From the IMG/VR virus record IMGVR_UViG_3300045988_047044, positions 32,182-96,181 of that record: 64,000 nt of DNA. One strand, written 5' to 3'. Source of the DNA: a virus. Numbering within the stretch: the stretch's first letter is position 1; the number at the start of each line of letters is the position of its first letter. This document shows, piece after piece, positions 38,264 to 48,498 of the stretch. A program made the translations under genes and the position numbers. The notes under the pieces were generated by a model. That model saw only the letters and a list, made by a program, of their open reading frames with translations. It searched no databases and was not told the DNA's origin.

Positions 38264-38562
38264 TCTCTTACTAATTTAAGTTTCTTGAACATGCGACCGT
38301 CATCTTGTAATGCGATTGCTGTTAATTGATTGCCAAGGTCTGGTTCATAGAACGAAGAATAGTCCTTATTAACTAAGTCTAATCTTACTTTCCATTTGTC
38401 TAAGTCTGCATATAAGTAGATTAAATAGTTATTATTCCAATCCTGCTTAGGATGTTCTAATAACCACTGCGCTACTGCATGACCTCCTTGTACACAACCA
38501 TAAACTGCATCAAGCTTCTGGTCTATCAGCACATACAATCTCTTCATCAGAATATGTATCAA
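38260..38562 (-). CDS. hypothetical protein
   Basis: 100 aa ORF. Confidence 0.35.
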   Translation of the reverse strand: MIHILMKRLYVLIDQKLDAVYGCVQGGHAVAQWLLEHPKQDWNNNYLIYLYADLDKWKVRLDLVNKDYSSFYEPDLGNQLTAIALQDDGRMFKKLKLVRE

Positions 38563-38848
38563 TCAGTGAATCAACTCTTTCTCGGAAATACTTCTCTCCA
38601 CTATACATCTTAGAATAACCACACCAACCTTGAGTTTCAAGTGATTTCCATTCTTTGATAACTTTAGCTAGATACTCATTCATAGCTTCTCCGATTAGTT
38701 TATGCTTTAATATGTAATAAGCTACATACATTGCATGTAATCTTCCTCTGTTGTAATAAACTGATGAGCAGTCATTAATATTCTTAGCTGCTTTCTGTGC
38801 TTTTACTAAATTCGCGATTTCTTGTTTAAATTGTTTAATTGTTGCCAT
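38510..38848 (-). CDS. hypothetical protein
   Basis: 112 aa; overlaps the neighbouring ORF in another frame. Confidence 0.35.
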   Translation of the reverse strand: MATIKQFKQEIANLVKAQKAAKNINDCSSVYYNRGRLHAMYVAYYILKHKLIGEAMNEYLAKVIKEWKSLETQGWCGYSKMYSGEKYFRERVDSLIDTYSDEEIVCADRPEA

Positions 38849-38937
38849 GATAGTTAATTGTTAATAAGTTAATAAATAAATTGCCTTAATTAATAATCAA
38901 CTATCTTATGGTGGCTTGTAAGTAATCTACCGCATAA

Positions 38938-39234
38938 TCATTTCCCTTTAATTTGTTTACACATGTTAATAAACTCATCATCCGATTCACATATAATCGG
39001 ATTCGTTTCCTTGAGATACATCTCCAGATAGGCTTCTTTAGACAAATCGTCCACGTCATCCGGATACACACCATGTATATCATATGACATATGAGAACCC
39101 CAGCAACTAAGCCAATCAGCATCCTCAAATGTAGTACATATACACACACTTAACCCAGCATCCTCTAGTTTCTTACGAAGTTCTGGAGTATTCTTCTTAA
39201 TAAGACAGTGTTCACTCATGGATTTAATACACAT
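38938..39234 (-). CDS. hypothetical protein
   Basis: 98 aa ORF. Confidence 0.35.
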   Translation of the reverse strand: MCIKSMSEHCLIKKNTPELRKKLEDAGLSVCICTTFEDADWLSCWGSHMSYDIHGVYPDDVDDLSKEAYLEMYLKETNPIICESDDEFINMCKQIKGK

Positions 39235-39554
39235 AAACCACCTTTCTCGGAATCTCTAAGCACATACTTAATACCTGGAATACCAGGACCTGATACCTTA
39301 TAAATGGTTAGTTCGTTAATAAATTCATACTGCACTCTGTTGATTTTATAATCTCCATTAGTAGCAGCAGACTCATTAATTGATGCTTTACTTGTGGTTG
39401 CAAATAATGCCAAGAAGGTAAATACTCCACATAATCCACCAATAACACCTGCCTTAAATGATGTCTCTTTCATAATCTCATCTATTATTAATAATGAGCG
39501 GGATAACAGAATTGAACTGTCATCTTCAGCTTGGAAGGCTGTTATAATAACCAT
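39216..39554 (-). CDS. hypothetical membrane protein
   Basis: 112 aa with central TM segment GVIGGLCGVFTFLALFATT. Confidence 0.35.
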   Translation of the reverse strand: MVIITAFQAEDDSSILLSRSLLIIDEIMKETSFKAGVIGGLCGVFTFLALFATTSKASINESAATNGDYKINRVQYEFINELTIYKVSGPGIPGIKYVLRDSEKGGLCVLNP

Positions 39555-39655
39555 TATACGAATCCCGCAGTTTACTTCTACTATTCTCTCGAACCATAGA
39601 AGGGTTTGTCGAGTTTGACCTCAACAGATATTGTATTTAATTATCGCAGTGTGAG

Positions 39656-39738
39656 TGGGCATGGTAGGATTCGAACCTACTCAGCCATAGGCAACGGTTT
39701 TACAGACCGCCCCAGCTCTCCAACTCTGGCGCATACCC
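39656..39738 (-). tRNA. tRNA-Tyr(GTA): tRNA-Tyr (anticodon GTA)
   Basis: Type II tRNA: anticodon stem GCGGT/ACCGT, loop CTGTAAA, long variable arm, T-arm GTAGG-TTCGAAT-CCTAC. Confidence 0.6.
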
Positions 39739-39988
39739 GAATCACACAATCCATATTAACTGTGAATTGTGAGTGCAAAGGTAATGAATCTTTCCCATAT
39801 GTAAAAGTTAATATGTATTAAATACGATAGAAGTTTGCTCGGTATTAAACTAAGCTCACATATTCTCTCGAACCGATGAGCTTAGCAGTTATTCAACAAT
39901 TGCAGATACTTTAACTCGTAATAATGACTATGAGTCGAGATAGAAATGACACTGCATATGTTGAAAGAATCATATTAATAAAATGGTG

Positions 39989-40062
39989 TAGAGATAACCA
40001 GATTCGAACTGATGTTCTTCTAAAGATTGACTTTAGCTGTTCTACCACTGAACTATATCTCT
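39989..40062 (-). tRNA. tRNA with atypical anticodon loop GTCAATC (anticodon CAA, or TCA if misread)
   Basis: Acceptor, D-arm (GTTC-AGTGGTA-GAAC) and T-arm (ATCAG-TTCGAAT-CTGGT) are canonical. The loop GTCAATC has G32 and T37, both unusual, and the short variable arm is inconsistent with Leu identity. Confidence 0.4.
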
Positions 40063-40225
40063 ATCCAGTCCCTATGGAATCATCCAATAAATTCCCACCT
40101 AGTGTTACTAGATATGCACAAAGATTACTATACCAAATATGCGCTCTTCTCCATGCATAATGAAATCTATCTTCTATCCAATCAGAACATTAATTCAACT
40201 ATTAAATAAACGGTGCGCGAAATAC

Positions 40226-41920
40226 TTAGACCTTCACAGGCTTCTTCTGCACGCTTGCATTCTTCTTGACAACATCCTTCTCTAGAATCATCATATTAAG
40301 CAACTCTTGATTCATAGCATGCTTAAAGATGTCTCTAGTGGTTTTAGGCACCTGGAACCTCTTCTCTCCAGTAATAAATGAGGATGTTGAATTATTAAGT
40401 CCATTTACTAAGAAGCAATTTGACACTCCTGGAACCAAAGCCACATTAGGTCTTCCCTTATATGCTAAAGGAACTCTCCAAATGATAACTTTGAATGCTC
40501 TTACAAATTCCTTACTGAAATTTGCTTTAAGCAGTCTTTGCTTAAATTCCACGAATGCTTGGTTGTTCAACTTGGTAAAATATGTATGGTTAGTAATTAC
40601 CACACAGCCTCTAGGGAACTCTCCTTCATTCACACCATAATCTTCTTTCATTTTACACAGCATTTCTGCTATATTAATAATAGAAGGATTCTGGCATAAT
40701 GCTTCTTCTTTGTCAGATTTCCATTTCTCAATGACATTCTGACCTTTGAACTTACGTAGAACCATGTTATCCTCTAACACGGCATAGGAGTTCTTGAATA
40801 TTGTAGGAAGTAATTCAGAATGATATAAAGCATATGCTTTACCCAAACTGTAAGCAGATGTTTCGCTATTCTCTATCTCACCATTAGCAGAATGACTTAT
40901 ATCTCTTACTACCAACAACGGAGCTACTCTATTGCGTTTAGCATTATCAACAAATACGTTGAAACTTGCATTAATAGAAGTTTCCATAAATTCTGGAATC
41001 TCTTCGGCAATTTTATCCAATCCGTATGGTTTGAACAGAGTATGTAGAAATCCGCTATTAGAGGGCTTCTTACGGTTCTTTAACCAGTTCTGATACTTCT
41101 CTTTAAGACCTTGATGTTTGAGGAATTTAGAGCCTACTAGCTGTGCCAGCGCCTTTCCAGTAACAGTGTCAAAATCGATTTCCAAGAATTTCTTTTGACT
41201 GATTAACTGCTGCCATTGGGCTGCTTTCCCGCTATTCTTCATCTTCCTATATTTACGATAGGTTGAATAGTCTCCTTCATCCTTAGGTTTACCATAAAGG
41301 CCTTCCGCCAAGAATTTGGCTACTGTGTTACGTGCTTTTGCCTCATCTGTCTTACATGCAACACTGGAACGAACACGAGGAAGATACTTCTTTACTAAAT
41401 CACATGTCTGACCGTTGGCAAGACCTGCGAATATGACTTTCTTGAAGAAGTCCCAATCCAATCTGTGCTTAAAGCCATGGAGTTGAACATCTAAAGCCAT
41501 CATAGTAATGAAATCTTTCCAGCATCCAGCTGCTGCAAAATAAGCAATGTTGGCATGGAATGTGGGTTTGTGATAGATTGCCAACCACAACATTCTCATT
41601 ATACCTTCATTCTTCAAACCTTCTCCTTGCTGTGTATCAAGTTGTATAACTCCTTCCGGGGTAGTTATTCTACATTTACGAGTTATCATTCTCGTATATG
41701 CAGTAAACTTAGTACATAGTAATGGATTAGCTTTCCATAAAGGATACATATCTTTAGCCACTTGCACGTAGGTACGTGGCTGAAGACATTTCTTAAGATT
41801 AACAAACTGGTCTATGAATAACTGATTATTATCCACAAACTTAGGTTTATTCTCATCCCGCCTTTGACGTGCGGCATTAGGGTAAGGCCTCCTTGGCCTT
41901 TGTGCTCCTTTCATTTCCAT
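40226..41920 (-). CDS. large protein with C-terminal vWA domain (possible TROVE/Ro60-like architecture)
   Basis: 564 aa; MIDAS-like LLVVRDISHSANG (DxSxS) at about residue 350 and a long N-terminal domain. The Ro60-like assignment is inferred from architecture only. Confidence 0.45.
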   Translation of the reverse strand: MEMKGAQRPRRPYPNAARQRRDENKPKFVDNNQLFIDQFVNLKKCLQPRTYVQVAKDMYPLWKANPLLCTKFTAYTRMITRKCRITTPEGVIQLDTQQGEGLKNEGIMRMLWLAIYHKPTFHANIAYFAAAGCWKDFITMMALDVQLHGFKHRLDWDFFKKVIFAGLANGQTCDLVKKYLPRVRSSVACKTDEAKARNTVAKFLAEGLYGKPKDEGDYSTYRKYRKMKNSGKAAQWQQLISQKKFLEIDFDTVTGKALAQLVGSKFLKHQGLKEKYQNWLKNRKKPSNSGFLHTLFKPYGLDKIAEEIPEFMETSINASFNVFVDNAKRNRVAPLLVVRDISHSANGEIENSETSAYSLGKAYALYHSELLPTIFKNSYAVLEDNMVLRKFKGQNVIEKWKSDKEEALCQNPSIINIAEMLCKMKEDYGVNEGEFPRGCVVITNHTYFTKLNNQAFVEFKQRLLKANFSKEFVRAFKVIIWRVPLAYKGRPNVALVPGVSNCFLVNGLNNSTSSFITGEKRFQVPKTTRDIFKHAMNQELLNMMILEKDVVKKNASVQKKPVKV

Positions 41921-42300
41921 CTCTTTGTTTAAATTTATTGTTATGAGAGTCTTTCTTTATTCTAAACAATAAACAAGCGGCATTACGGCAATCGGACATA
42001 CGTTAACCCGCTCGCCACTTACAGACCGTAATGCACACTTGACCAGGCAGGAAAGAGGTTTGCTTGGTGACCTATCTGCATGCTGATTATATAATGCAGA
42101 CCGTGTAGATTCTCTCTTACACAATATCTATAGTAGATTTGCACTACTGTTTTCTGATGCTTAATCAGGTGAACTTCTACTGTTCGAATAGATACAGGTT
42201 TCAACTCTTTGATATAGCCTTTAAGTCATAGACACACTCCGGAGTATGTCTACTGGTTCTTCAGACCAAGTTTGCTACCACTACTCGTCAATAGTGGATT

Positions 42301-42996
42301 TTACGGTATCAGATAGTCCACACGAAGGTCTACCGTCTCTTCGTTTGCTTCTAACACCACAGTCGTCGAAAGAATGTCAGGATTGTCAGCCGTAGTTATC
42401 ATACTCACAATATCATGTGGGGATTCCAAGTATAAATAACCTCTACCGTCCCAAGCTGGAACATATCCGCCTCGTAGAATGTTTCGAGACGGAATAGACT
42501 TATAATAATAGTGTGCTGGCCGGTAGTGAGCGAATGATACATTAATAGCTGATTGGTGTGTGCCTATGGTAAAACCACCTAAGACTGTTGCCAGTCTCAT
42601 CACCTTACTAACATATTTTGAATCGCCTACTACATCAAGTCTTATGTTCAAGCCTGGATAGTAGAATTTAGCAACTCTCCTGCTTATATCCTTCAACGTT
42701 TGAAGAGATTGAAATTCAGCAACATCAACATAGTCTTTCTCCGATTCAGAACTACCGAAGATACAATTAATTGGTATTGGCTGATTGGCTTCAATACATT
42801 CTTCCAAAATAGTGATTGCTTCGGACGGAATAGCTTCATTACCAAGTCTGATTCTCTTAGTCCCATATAAGATATGAGCTATAATCTGACTAAGTGGCAA
42901 TGATAATTTCTCCTTGGCAAAGTTGCTTTCCAAATCATATAGATATTGGCAAATATGTGCACTGAATGGCGTGTTCCCTTGTACTGTAAACTTCAT
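42301..42996 (-). CDS. hypothetical protein
   Basis: 231 aa; 4-nt overlap with the upstream ORF. Confidence 0.45.
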   Translation of the reverse strand: MKFTVQGNTPFSAHICQYLYDLESNFAKEKLSLPLSQIIAHILYGTKRIRLGNEAIPSEAITILEECIEANQPIPINCIFGSSESEKDYVDVAEFQSLQTLKDISRRVAKFYYPGLNIRLDVVGDSKYVSKVMRLATVLGGFTIGTHQSAINVSFAHYRPAHYYYKSIPSRNILRGGYVPAWDGRGYLYLESPHDIVSMITTADNPDILSTTVVLEANEETVDLRVDYLIP

Positions 42997-43490
42997 ACTA
43001 TCTGTTCAACTGTTATTAATTTAGTGATTCTATAACCTCTCGATTTCAGGAATTTGATTGCTTCCATTTCAGCTTGTGTAATAGGAATCAGATGTTTGTC
43101 TTCTTCCGCTTCTGTAACAGCTTCCATTTCAGCTTGTGGCTTAGGTTTGGGAGGTGCTACATAAGTGCCAGCTTTAATAGCCATTCTCTTAGCATATGCA
43201 TCTCTCTGTATCTTAGCCATTTCTTTCCTACTGATAGTTATCAATTCAATGACTCTAGTCTTATACAAAGGGCCATGTTCTTTCCACATAAATCCTTTAG
43301 TATAGATAGCACCGTCAGGTTCAATCACTCCCTGCTTACGCAAAACAGCCATGAAGTTCTCTGGCCTTGGGAAGCCATTCTTCTTTAAATCCCTGACTAC
43401 ATCTGTAATCTTAAAAGGCCCAGGATTCATTGCCTTTACCGTGTTAAAAATCCGAACGATGTCATCGTCGGATATTGACCTCTTTCCCAT
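42993..43490 (-). CDS. hypothetical protein
   Basis: 165 aa ORF. Confidence 0.4.
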   Translation of the reverse strand: MGKRSISDDDIVRIFNTVKAMNPGPFKITDVVRDLKKNGFPRPENFMAVLRKQGVIEPDGAIYTKGFMWKEHGPLYKTRVIELITISRKEMAKIQRDAYAKRMAIKAGTYVAPPKPKPQAEMEAVTEAEEDKHLIPITQAEMEAIKFLKSRGYRITKLITVEQIV

Positions 43491-43516
43491 AATTTCAATA
43501 ACTTTTAGTGAAACAA

Positions 43517-43798
43517 TTACTCTTTATATATTCTAATTCGAGATTTACGTAGATGTACACGCATTCGTTTAACCTCGGACAGAATCCAATTACGTCTGCA
43601 TTGATGTAACCATGCAATTACATCTTCGTCAAATAATAATTCTTGACCACAGTAGTATGTGCCACTGTAGTAAGTATCAAGCTTTGGTCTTAATATGTCA
43701 TGAGGACTATCAGTAACTATGTATTGATAATCCTCACCTCTTATTAATTTCAGCTTCTTTGACTCCTTGCGAAGTTTCTTTAATAACCTTGCTTTCAT
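43517..43798 (-). CDS. hypothetical basic protein
   Basis: 93 aa; 4-nt overlap with the upstream ORF. Confidence 0.35.
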   Translation of the reverse strand: MKARLLKKLRKESKKLKLIRGEDYQYIVTDSPHDILRPKLDTYYSGTYYCGQELLFDEDVIAWLHQCRRNWILSEVKRMRVHLRKSRIRIYKE

Positions 43799-44148
43799 TT
43801 TAATAGTTCCAATTTAGCTACGTCCTTATCATACCATATCCCAATCCAGAAGTTGTCTACAAAGTTCCTATGATTCATGATGGTATAATTAAGCCTTAAG
43901 ATATCACTAGATATAAGATAGTAATTCTTCCTATCAGTAGCCTCCAATGTTTCTTTGAGCACTGCGTGCTTGCCAATAATTTGAATATTCCTTGTAATAG
44001 CGAATGGTAATGAAATCGCTGCCCCAACTGTTGCTATTGAGAATACAACCTCAACTGCCACTGCAACTCCTCTTAGGTCTTCAGACCCTACTCGCGAAAG
44101 ACATACACAAATAAGTAAAACAATCACTGCAATAATAAATAATCCCAT
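43795..44148 (-). CDS. membrane protein
   Basis: 117 aa with two N-terminal TM segments. Confidence 0.4.
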   Translation of the reverse strand: MGLFIIAVIVLLICVCLSRVGSEDLRGVAVAVEVVFSIATVGAAISLPFAITRNIQIIGKHAVLKETLEATDRKNYYLISSDILRLNYTIMNHRNFVDNFWIGIWYDKDVAKLELLK

Positions 44149-44176
44149 AAAATTGATATTTAAACGTTAATAATAG

Positions 44177-44206
44177 TGGACCATCGCGGACTCGAACCGC
44201 GGTCTT
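44177..44206 (-). other. partial tRNA-like element (T-arm plus 3' acceptor strand only)
   Basis: Minus strand reads CGCGG-TTCGAGT-CCGCG-ATGGTCC-A, but no matching 5' acceptor (GGACCAT) is found within 150 nt. Confidence 0.3.
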
Positions 44207-44830
44207 CACAACTCTAAATAATAAGATTACGTGTGTCTCTATTTTATTACATCAGCTGTTGAGTTCAGCATGTAGGTAGTTTTACTAAGAAGCCGAGTGT
44301 TAATTCACCAATTACGTCTCCCTCGTAGGGCTACGACTTAGTTGTTCACAAACTACCAAACTGGGCTTGACCGAACGGTCGCTCCACCACTCCATTTACG
44401 TTGGAGAACGTTTCTATTTGTAACCCATAGATAGGTAGTGGAGATTTCAGCTTTACTAACCTTTGGCTTTCAAGTTAAGTGGGCTGCCCTATATGCTTCT
44501 TCCCACACCTCTTCTGTTTCTAGGTCTCTCCAATTAACCCGACTTAATCAATGACGTCCACTAATTAAGCCAGCAGCTTAGGCTGCCATTCTGTAAGTAG
44601 TGTTTCCACTTAAATTGCCGTATCATTATTAAAGAGTTGGTACGAACTCTACACGTCTTACTACCCAGTCATCATGAATCAATTCCATGTATGGCCCATA
44701 AGTGGCATGATTATACTCTCATGCCAGGAGTCTCATTTAAAATAATGAATATAGCAGCCAGTATCCTCCTGTGCCACATTAAGTGGCGTACCCATTATGG
44801 ACTTGGCAGCTTACGAGTTATTTGTTCCAT

Positions 44831-45184
44831 TTAAAATGGTAAGTTTCCTTCATGTTTCATCCAACTATAAACTACAATTTCATAATCTGGGAAATCGTTG
44901 GCAAGTTTAATACAACTGTCAAACGATAACTCTGTTATGCATATAAGAGGGTAATCATTGTCAAGCCATTCTCTAATTACATCCTTATCAGGAATATGCT
45001 CATCCAATGACCATTTAAGCTCACGTTCAAGTCTTTCACGTATCGTATTTAATTTAATATGGTCATGTGTTCCATATATAACATTTAATATGTAATACAA
45101 TAAATGGCTATTGAACTTATCAACATCGCTAATAAGAATATGCCTCTTGGCATTCCTTAAAGAATTAACTGCATTCTGATTCAT
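44831..45184 (-). CDS. hypothetical protein
   Basis: 117 aa ORF. Confidence 0.4.
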   Translation of the reverse strand: MNQNAVNSLRNAKRHILISDVDKFNSHLLYYILNVIYGTHDHIKLNTIRERLERELKWSLDEHIPDKDVIREWLDNDYPLICITELSFDSCIKLANDFPDYEIVVYSWMKHEGNLPF

Positions 45185-45267
45185 ACACTTATTAATTAAA
45201 AGCCCAAGTGTGTTTCACAACATGGCTGGGCAAACTCAAAATACAAAACAAAACTTTAAAATGATTG

Positions 45268-45336
45268 GAGAGGATGGGAGATTCGAACTCCCTCCGCCAG
45301 TTCGCAACTAACCTTCTACCATTAAACTAATCCTCT
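45268..45336 (-). tRNA. compact tRNA, possibly Arg (anticodon GCG)
   Basis: Acceptor AGAGGAT/ATCCTCT and T-arm GGGAG-TTCGAAT-CTCCC are clear. Total length is only 68 nt plus discriminator, with a weak D-stem and a short variable region; the anticodon loop is tentatively TTGCGAA. Confidence 0.4.
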
Positions 45337-45346
45337 CTTGGCATTA

Positions 45347-45970
45347 TTAACGCTTCACAGCTTCTTCAAAGTTCTTTACAATCTTCTCTGCCTTCTCACG
45401 GGAACAGTCAAGCATGTGCATAGTAAGATGAATGCGTTGTTCACGCATCAAATCTTCTATGGCTCCTTCATTGCCTTCTTCTCTAGCCTTGAGAGCTTTT
45501 AATAGCTCTTCTGGCGTTTCAACACCTTCAACATCAGCACCGATAGCCTTAGATATATCCTTCAGAAACTCAAACAAAGCTTTTTTGCCTTCTTCGACTT
45601 TAAATGTAGAGCCTTGTCTTTGGTCTCTCATTTTCATAAGAATGTCAAAGATTTCACGGGCAGAAGCTTCGTCATCCTCATTCAGAGTGACAGCATGACG
45701 TTCATGAGGTTGAACACGAATAGATTCGTCTTTAACTTCCATAACGAGCAAGTCTTCACCGTCGCCACGAACAATGACGATTTCACGGTCTTTCCTTTCG
45801 TCATAACCGCCACCAACAGTGAAATTCTTGTAAGGAACTTCTTTGCCTTCAGCGGCATCGAGCACATGCCCAAGAATAGTTTCAGCTTCTTCTACGATAG
45901 AATCATAGCATGGGTCTTTCTTTGGATTGAAATCAATACCAGCTTTCAGGCGTTCTTGTAATTTCTTCAT
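45347..45970 (-). CDS. hypothetical acidic protein
   Basis: 207 aa, Glu/Lys/Asp-rich; codon usage is noticeably richer in G/C than neighbouring genes. Confidence 0.45.
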   Translation of the reverse strand: MKKLQERLKAGIDFNPKKDPCYDSIVEEAETILGHVLDAAEGKEVPYKNFTVGGGYDERKDREIVIVRGDGEDLLVMEVKDESIRVQPHERHAVTLNEDDEASAREIFDILMKMRDQRQGSTFKVEEGKKALFEFLKDISKAIGADVEGVETPEELLKALKAREEGNEGAIEDLMREQRIHLTMHMLDCSREKAEKIVKNFEEAVKR

Positions 45971-46282
45971 TTCCTTCTAAATTTAAAAAGTTTGATTTAT
46001 TAATTATTTGATTAATCTGGTAAGAACCAGACTCCTATGGCCGCAACAATACCTATAGCTCCGGCTACATATGTAAAATCGCCAGCTGTAGGCAACATGA
46101 TATTAATAATTACTAATGCTCCAATGGCAGAACTAATTATTATATTGTCTTTCTTATTCTTAGTGAGTTTCATAATTACTAATATTGGTTAAGAGTGACT
46201 CCACCGTGACGTGCCAAATCATAGTGAAGTTTCGTCGTAATTTTCAACGACTCATCAGACTCTCTTTTAGACGGAAAGGAGA

Positions 46283-46525
46283 TTATGACATATAATTATC
46301 AATAGAATCTCCAGTTGCTGCCCTAATCTGTTCCCATGGAATGTTCTCTTCTTCGCAAAGCTGTTTGGAGGACTGTATCCACTCCTTGGCGAAGTCTATA
46401 AAATCACCGCATTCTCTCTTAGCCATTACCATAGCTTCTTTGCAGCTGTAAGCGATGATTCCGGGAAGAAGAGATTTGTCATTGTTAATTGCATGTTTAA
46501 CTATAGGGCTGTTCTTTATATCCAT
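46283..46525 (-). CDS. hypothetical protein
   Basis: 80 aa ORF. Confidence 0.3.
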   Translation of the reverse strand: MDIKNSPIVKHAINNDKSLLPGIIAYSCKEAMVMAKRECGDFIDFAKEWIQSSKQLCEEENIPWEQIRAATGDSIDNYMS

Positions 46526-46535
46526 TGTTTAAAGG

Positions 46536-46769
46536 TTAGATTGTTGTTACACTGCTGATAATAGAATAATCAATAATGATTGAAAGCATGCCATTTAAAT
46601 CAGATGTCTCATAAGGAACTTGATATTTGGCAATTTGTCTTTCGGCTTGTTGCATCATGGGCTGGTTAGTTCCAAACCCAAGAAGCAACTTACCTTCACG
46701 AGAAGTAATAGATTGATGATTGAGAGTACATGGTATTCTCTGTTTCCTAAATTGTATCTGCGATAACAT
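46536..46769 (-). CDS. hypothetical protein
   Basis: 77 aa ORF. Confidence 0.3.
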   Translation of the reverse strand: MLSQIQFRKQRIPCTLNHQSITSREGKLLLGFGTNQPMMQQAERQIAKYQVPYETSDLNGMLSIIIDYSIISSVTTI

Positions 46770-46771
46770 TG

Positions 46772-47116
46772 TTACTTAGTTAATAAGTTAGCAAATCCTT
46801 TCCAGAAGTAGCGAGGGAAGTGTCCAGTCAGTTGTACATAATTAACTCCTGCTGACACCTTATGTCTAGCTGTAACCTTATGTCCGTCAATGGACATCGT
46901 GATTAAGCTGCCAGAAACTGTCACATCACTATCTGACATATCATACAAATCTCCTAAGTCCTTAATAGGAATCCACTTAGATGTAGTTTCATCTTTGTAG
47001 CTATTAAGACGAGATTGTAGTTTGGCATCAGAAGGCTGGCCAGTTCTCATATCGATAACCTCACCCTCACAATCTGCAAGGATGAAGTTCTGTGTATAGT
47101 TAAAGTATAGTTTCAT
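46772..47116 (-). CDS. hypothetical protein
   Basis: 114 aa; 4-nt overlap with the upstream ORF. Confidence 0.4.
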   Translation of the reverse strand: MKLYFNYTQNFILADCEGEVIDMRTGQPSDAKLQSRLNSYKDETTSKWIPIKDLGDLYDMSDSDVTVSGSLITMSIDGHKVTARHKVSAGVNYVQLTGHFPRYFWKGFANLLTK

Positions 47117-47652
47117 GTGTACTGAACTTTATATCTTTTAGTTCTTCTAGTTTGTAGATTAATAACATCTACCGAATCAGTACCTGCCTTTACATAAACC
47201 TTACCAGATATCTCTTTGATAAAGTCATTCTCTGATTTACCTTCAAAAGTTCCGATAAGGCATAGTGTTACTCCATTGACAAGTACTTTGGTAAATTTAT
47301 CAACCTGTATAGGAGCCAAAGGTATTCCTTCTTCTCTTACATGGTTAAATGCCTTAGTGTAGGCTCTATACCTCGCAAGACGATGTTCATAATTAGCACC
47401 TTTAGAGGGATAGCTGGCAAGTACTGAAGTATCCTTAATTACCACATACTCTTTACCAGGCAATCCACCTTCATACCATGATTTAGATATTACTTTGATA
47501 CCGGATTTTACTAATAACCATTTGTCTACAGCATCACATAAACGCTCTTTACCACATGTCTGTAACAATATGGGTATTAAGTTACGTTTAAGCTCTCTGT
47601 ATTCCTCTGCTAATTCATTAGTCATAGATAAGTTGGCAGTTAACCTACTCAC
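47113..47652 (-). CDS. hypothetical protein
   Basis: 179 aa ORF. Confidence 0.4.
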   Translation of the reverse strand: MSRLTANLSMTNELAEEYRELKRNLIPILLQTCGKERLCDAVDKWLLVKSGIKVISKSWYEGGLPGKEYVVIKDTSVLASYPSKGANYEHRLARYRAYTKAFNHVREEGIPLAPIQVDKFTKVLVNGVTLCLIGTFEGKSENDFIKEISGKVYVKAGTDSVDVINLQTRRTKRYKVQYT

Positions 47653-47691
47653 TGCCAGGTTTTAAAATATGGAAATCTCACACTCCTTTGG

Positions 47692-48498
47692 TTACTTAAA
47701 GATTATTGCAGACGTGATATTAACGCGGATGTTCTCTTTAGAAGAGATATATTTATTCCACAGGTCAGTCACAACCTTTTGTTTGTCCTGACCACGCACA
47801 GACAGCAAACGATTACGACCACTCGTATACAACGGAAGTGTGCTTGTAGATACTTTGTTCCAGAAGTCGTCAAGAGTATCTAATTTATGCTTCTTATCAA
47901 GAACAAGATAAGCTGTTACACCACCAATCATAGATGCATGGAGTAATCCTTTAGTGTACTTCTTGTACTTGAGTGCAAGTCCTGTAACCTCATCAAAGGT
48001 AGTTTCATGCTTTCTGTACATGTTCAACAAATCTTGACGAGTCAGACCAGTCCCTCTAAGTCTGTGAAGAGCGCCAGCATCAGCCAAACCTTTCAAGCCC
48101 TTGGTCAAAGCGTAATATTTAGCCACAATGGAAGCTTTCTGGGTAGGATTAGTAATGCCCATGATTCCAAACACATCACCTGCACTTCTTGTTTTACCAG
48201 TATCTATGGTAGTCCAAGTTTCGTGTTTAACACCTTCTATGAGCACAGTTTGAAATGGAACACCTGCCTGTATGCACGCTGCTAGACGATGATAGCCGTT
48301 ATCAGTAAGACCTTTATCATTTATAATGATTGCCTCACCGTTCAAATGCCATTTACCTTCAGACATTTGAATAGCATACTTGTTGATATTGTCTCTAGAA
48401 ATAGGCCGATTGTGCAAATACTTTGACAATAGTACTTCTGCATCTTTCGGTGTGATTTCTACTACACTGAACTTGAGAGATGATTTTAATGTCTTCAT
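47692..48498 (-). CDS. ParB-like nuclease domain protein
   Basis: N-terminal ParB/Srx-like block ...INDKGLTDNGYHRLAACIQAG (compare the ParB GxxRxxA motif); 268 aa. Confidence 0.45.
   Translation of the reverse strand: MKTLKSSLKFSVVEITPKDAEVLLSKYLHNRPISRDNINKYAIQMSEGKWHLNGEAIIINDKGLTDNGYHRLAACIQAGVPFQTVLIEGVKHETWTTIDTGKTRSAGDVFGIMGITNPTQKASIVAKYYALTKGLKGLADAGALHRLRGTGLTRQDLLNMYRKHETTFDEVTGLALKYKKYTKGLLHASMIGGVTAYLVLDKKHKLDTLDDFWNKVSTSTLPLYTSGRNRLLSVRGQDKQKVVTDLWNKYISSKENIRVNITSAIIFK

Noticed and set aside
44177-44420. Considered tmRNA for the half-tRNA at 44177-44206 and the downstream ...GGTCGCTCCACCA at ~44370.
   Set aside because: There is no matching 5' acceptor strand, no resume-codon or tag ORF, and no T-loop next to the CTCCACCA. 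A remnant or other ncRNA is more likely, and it cannot be resolved by eye.
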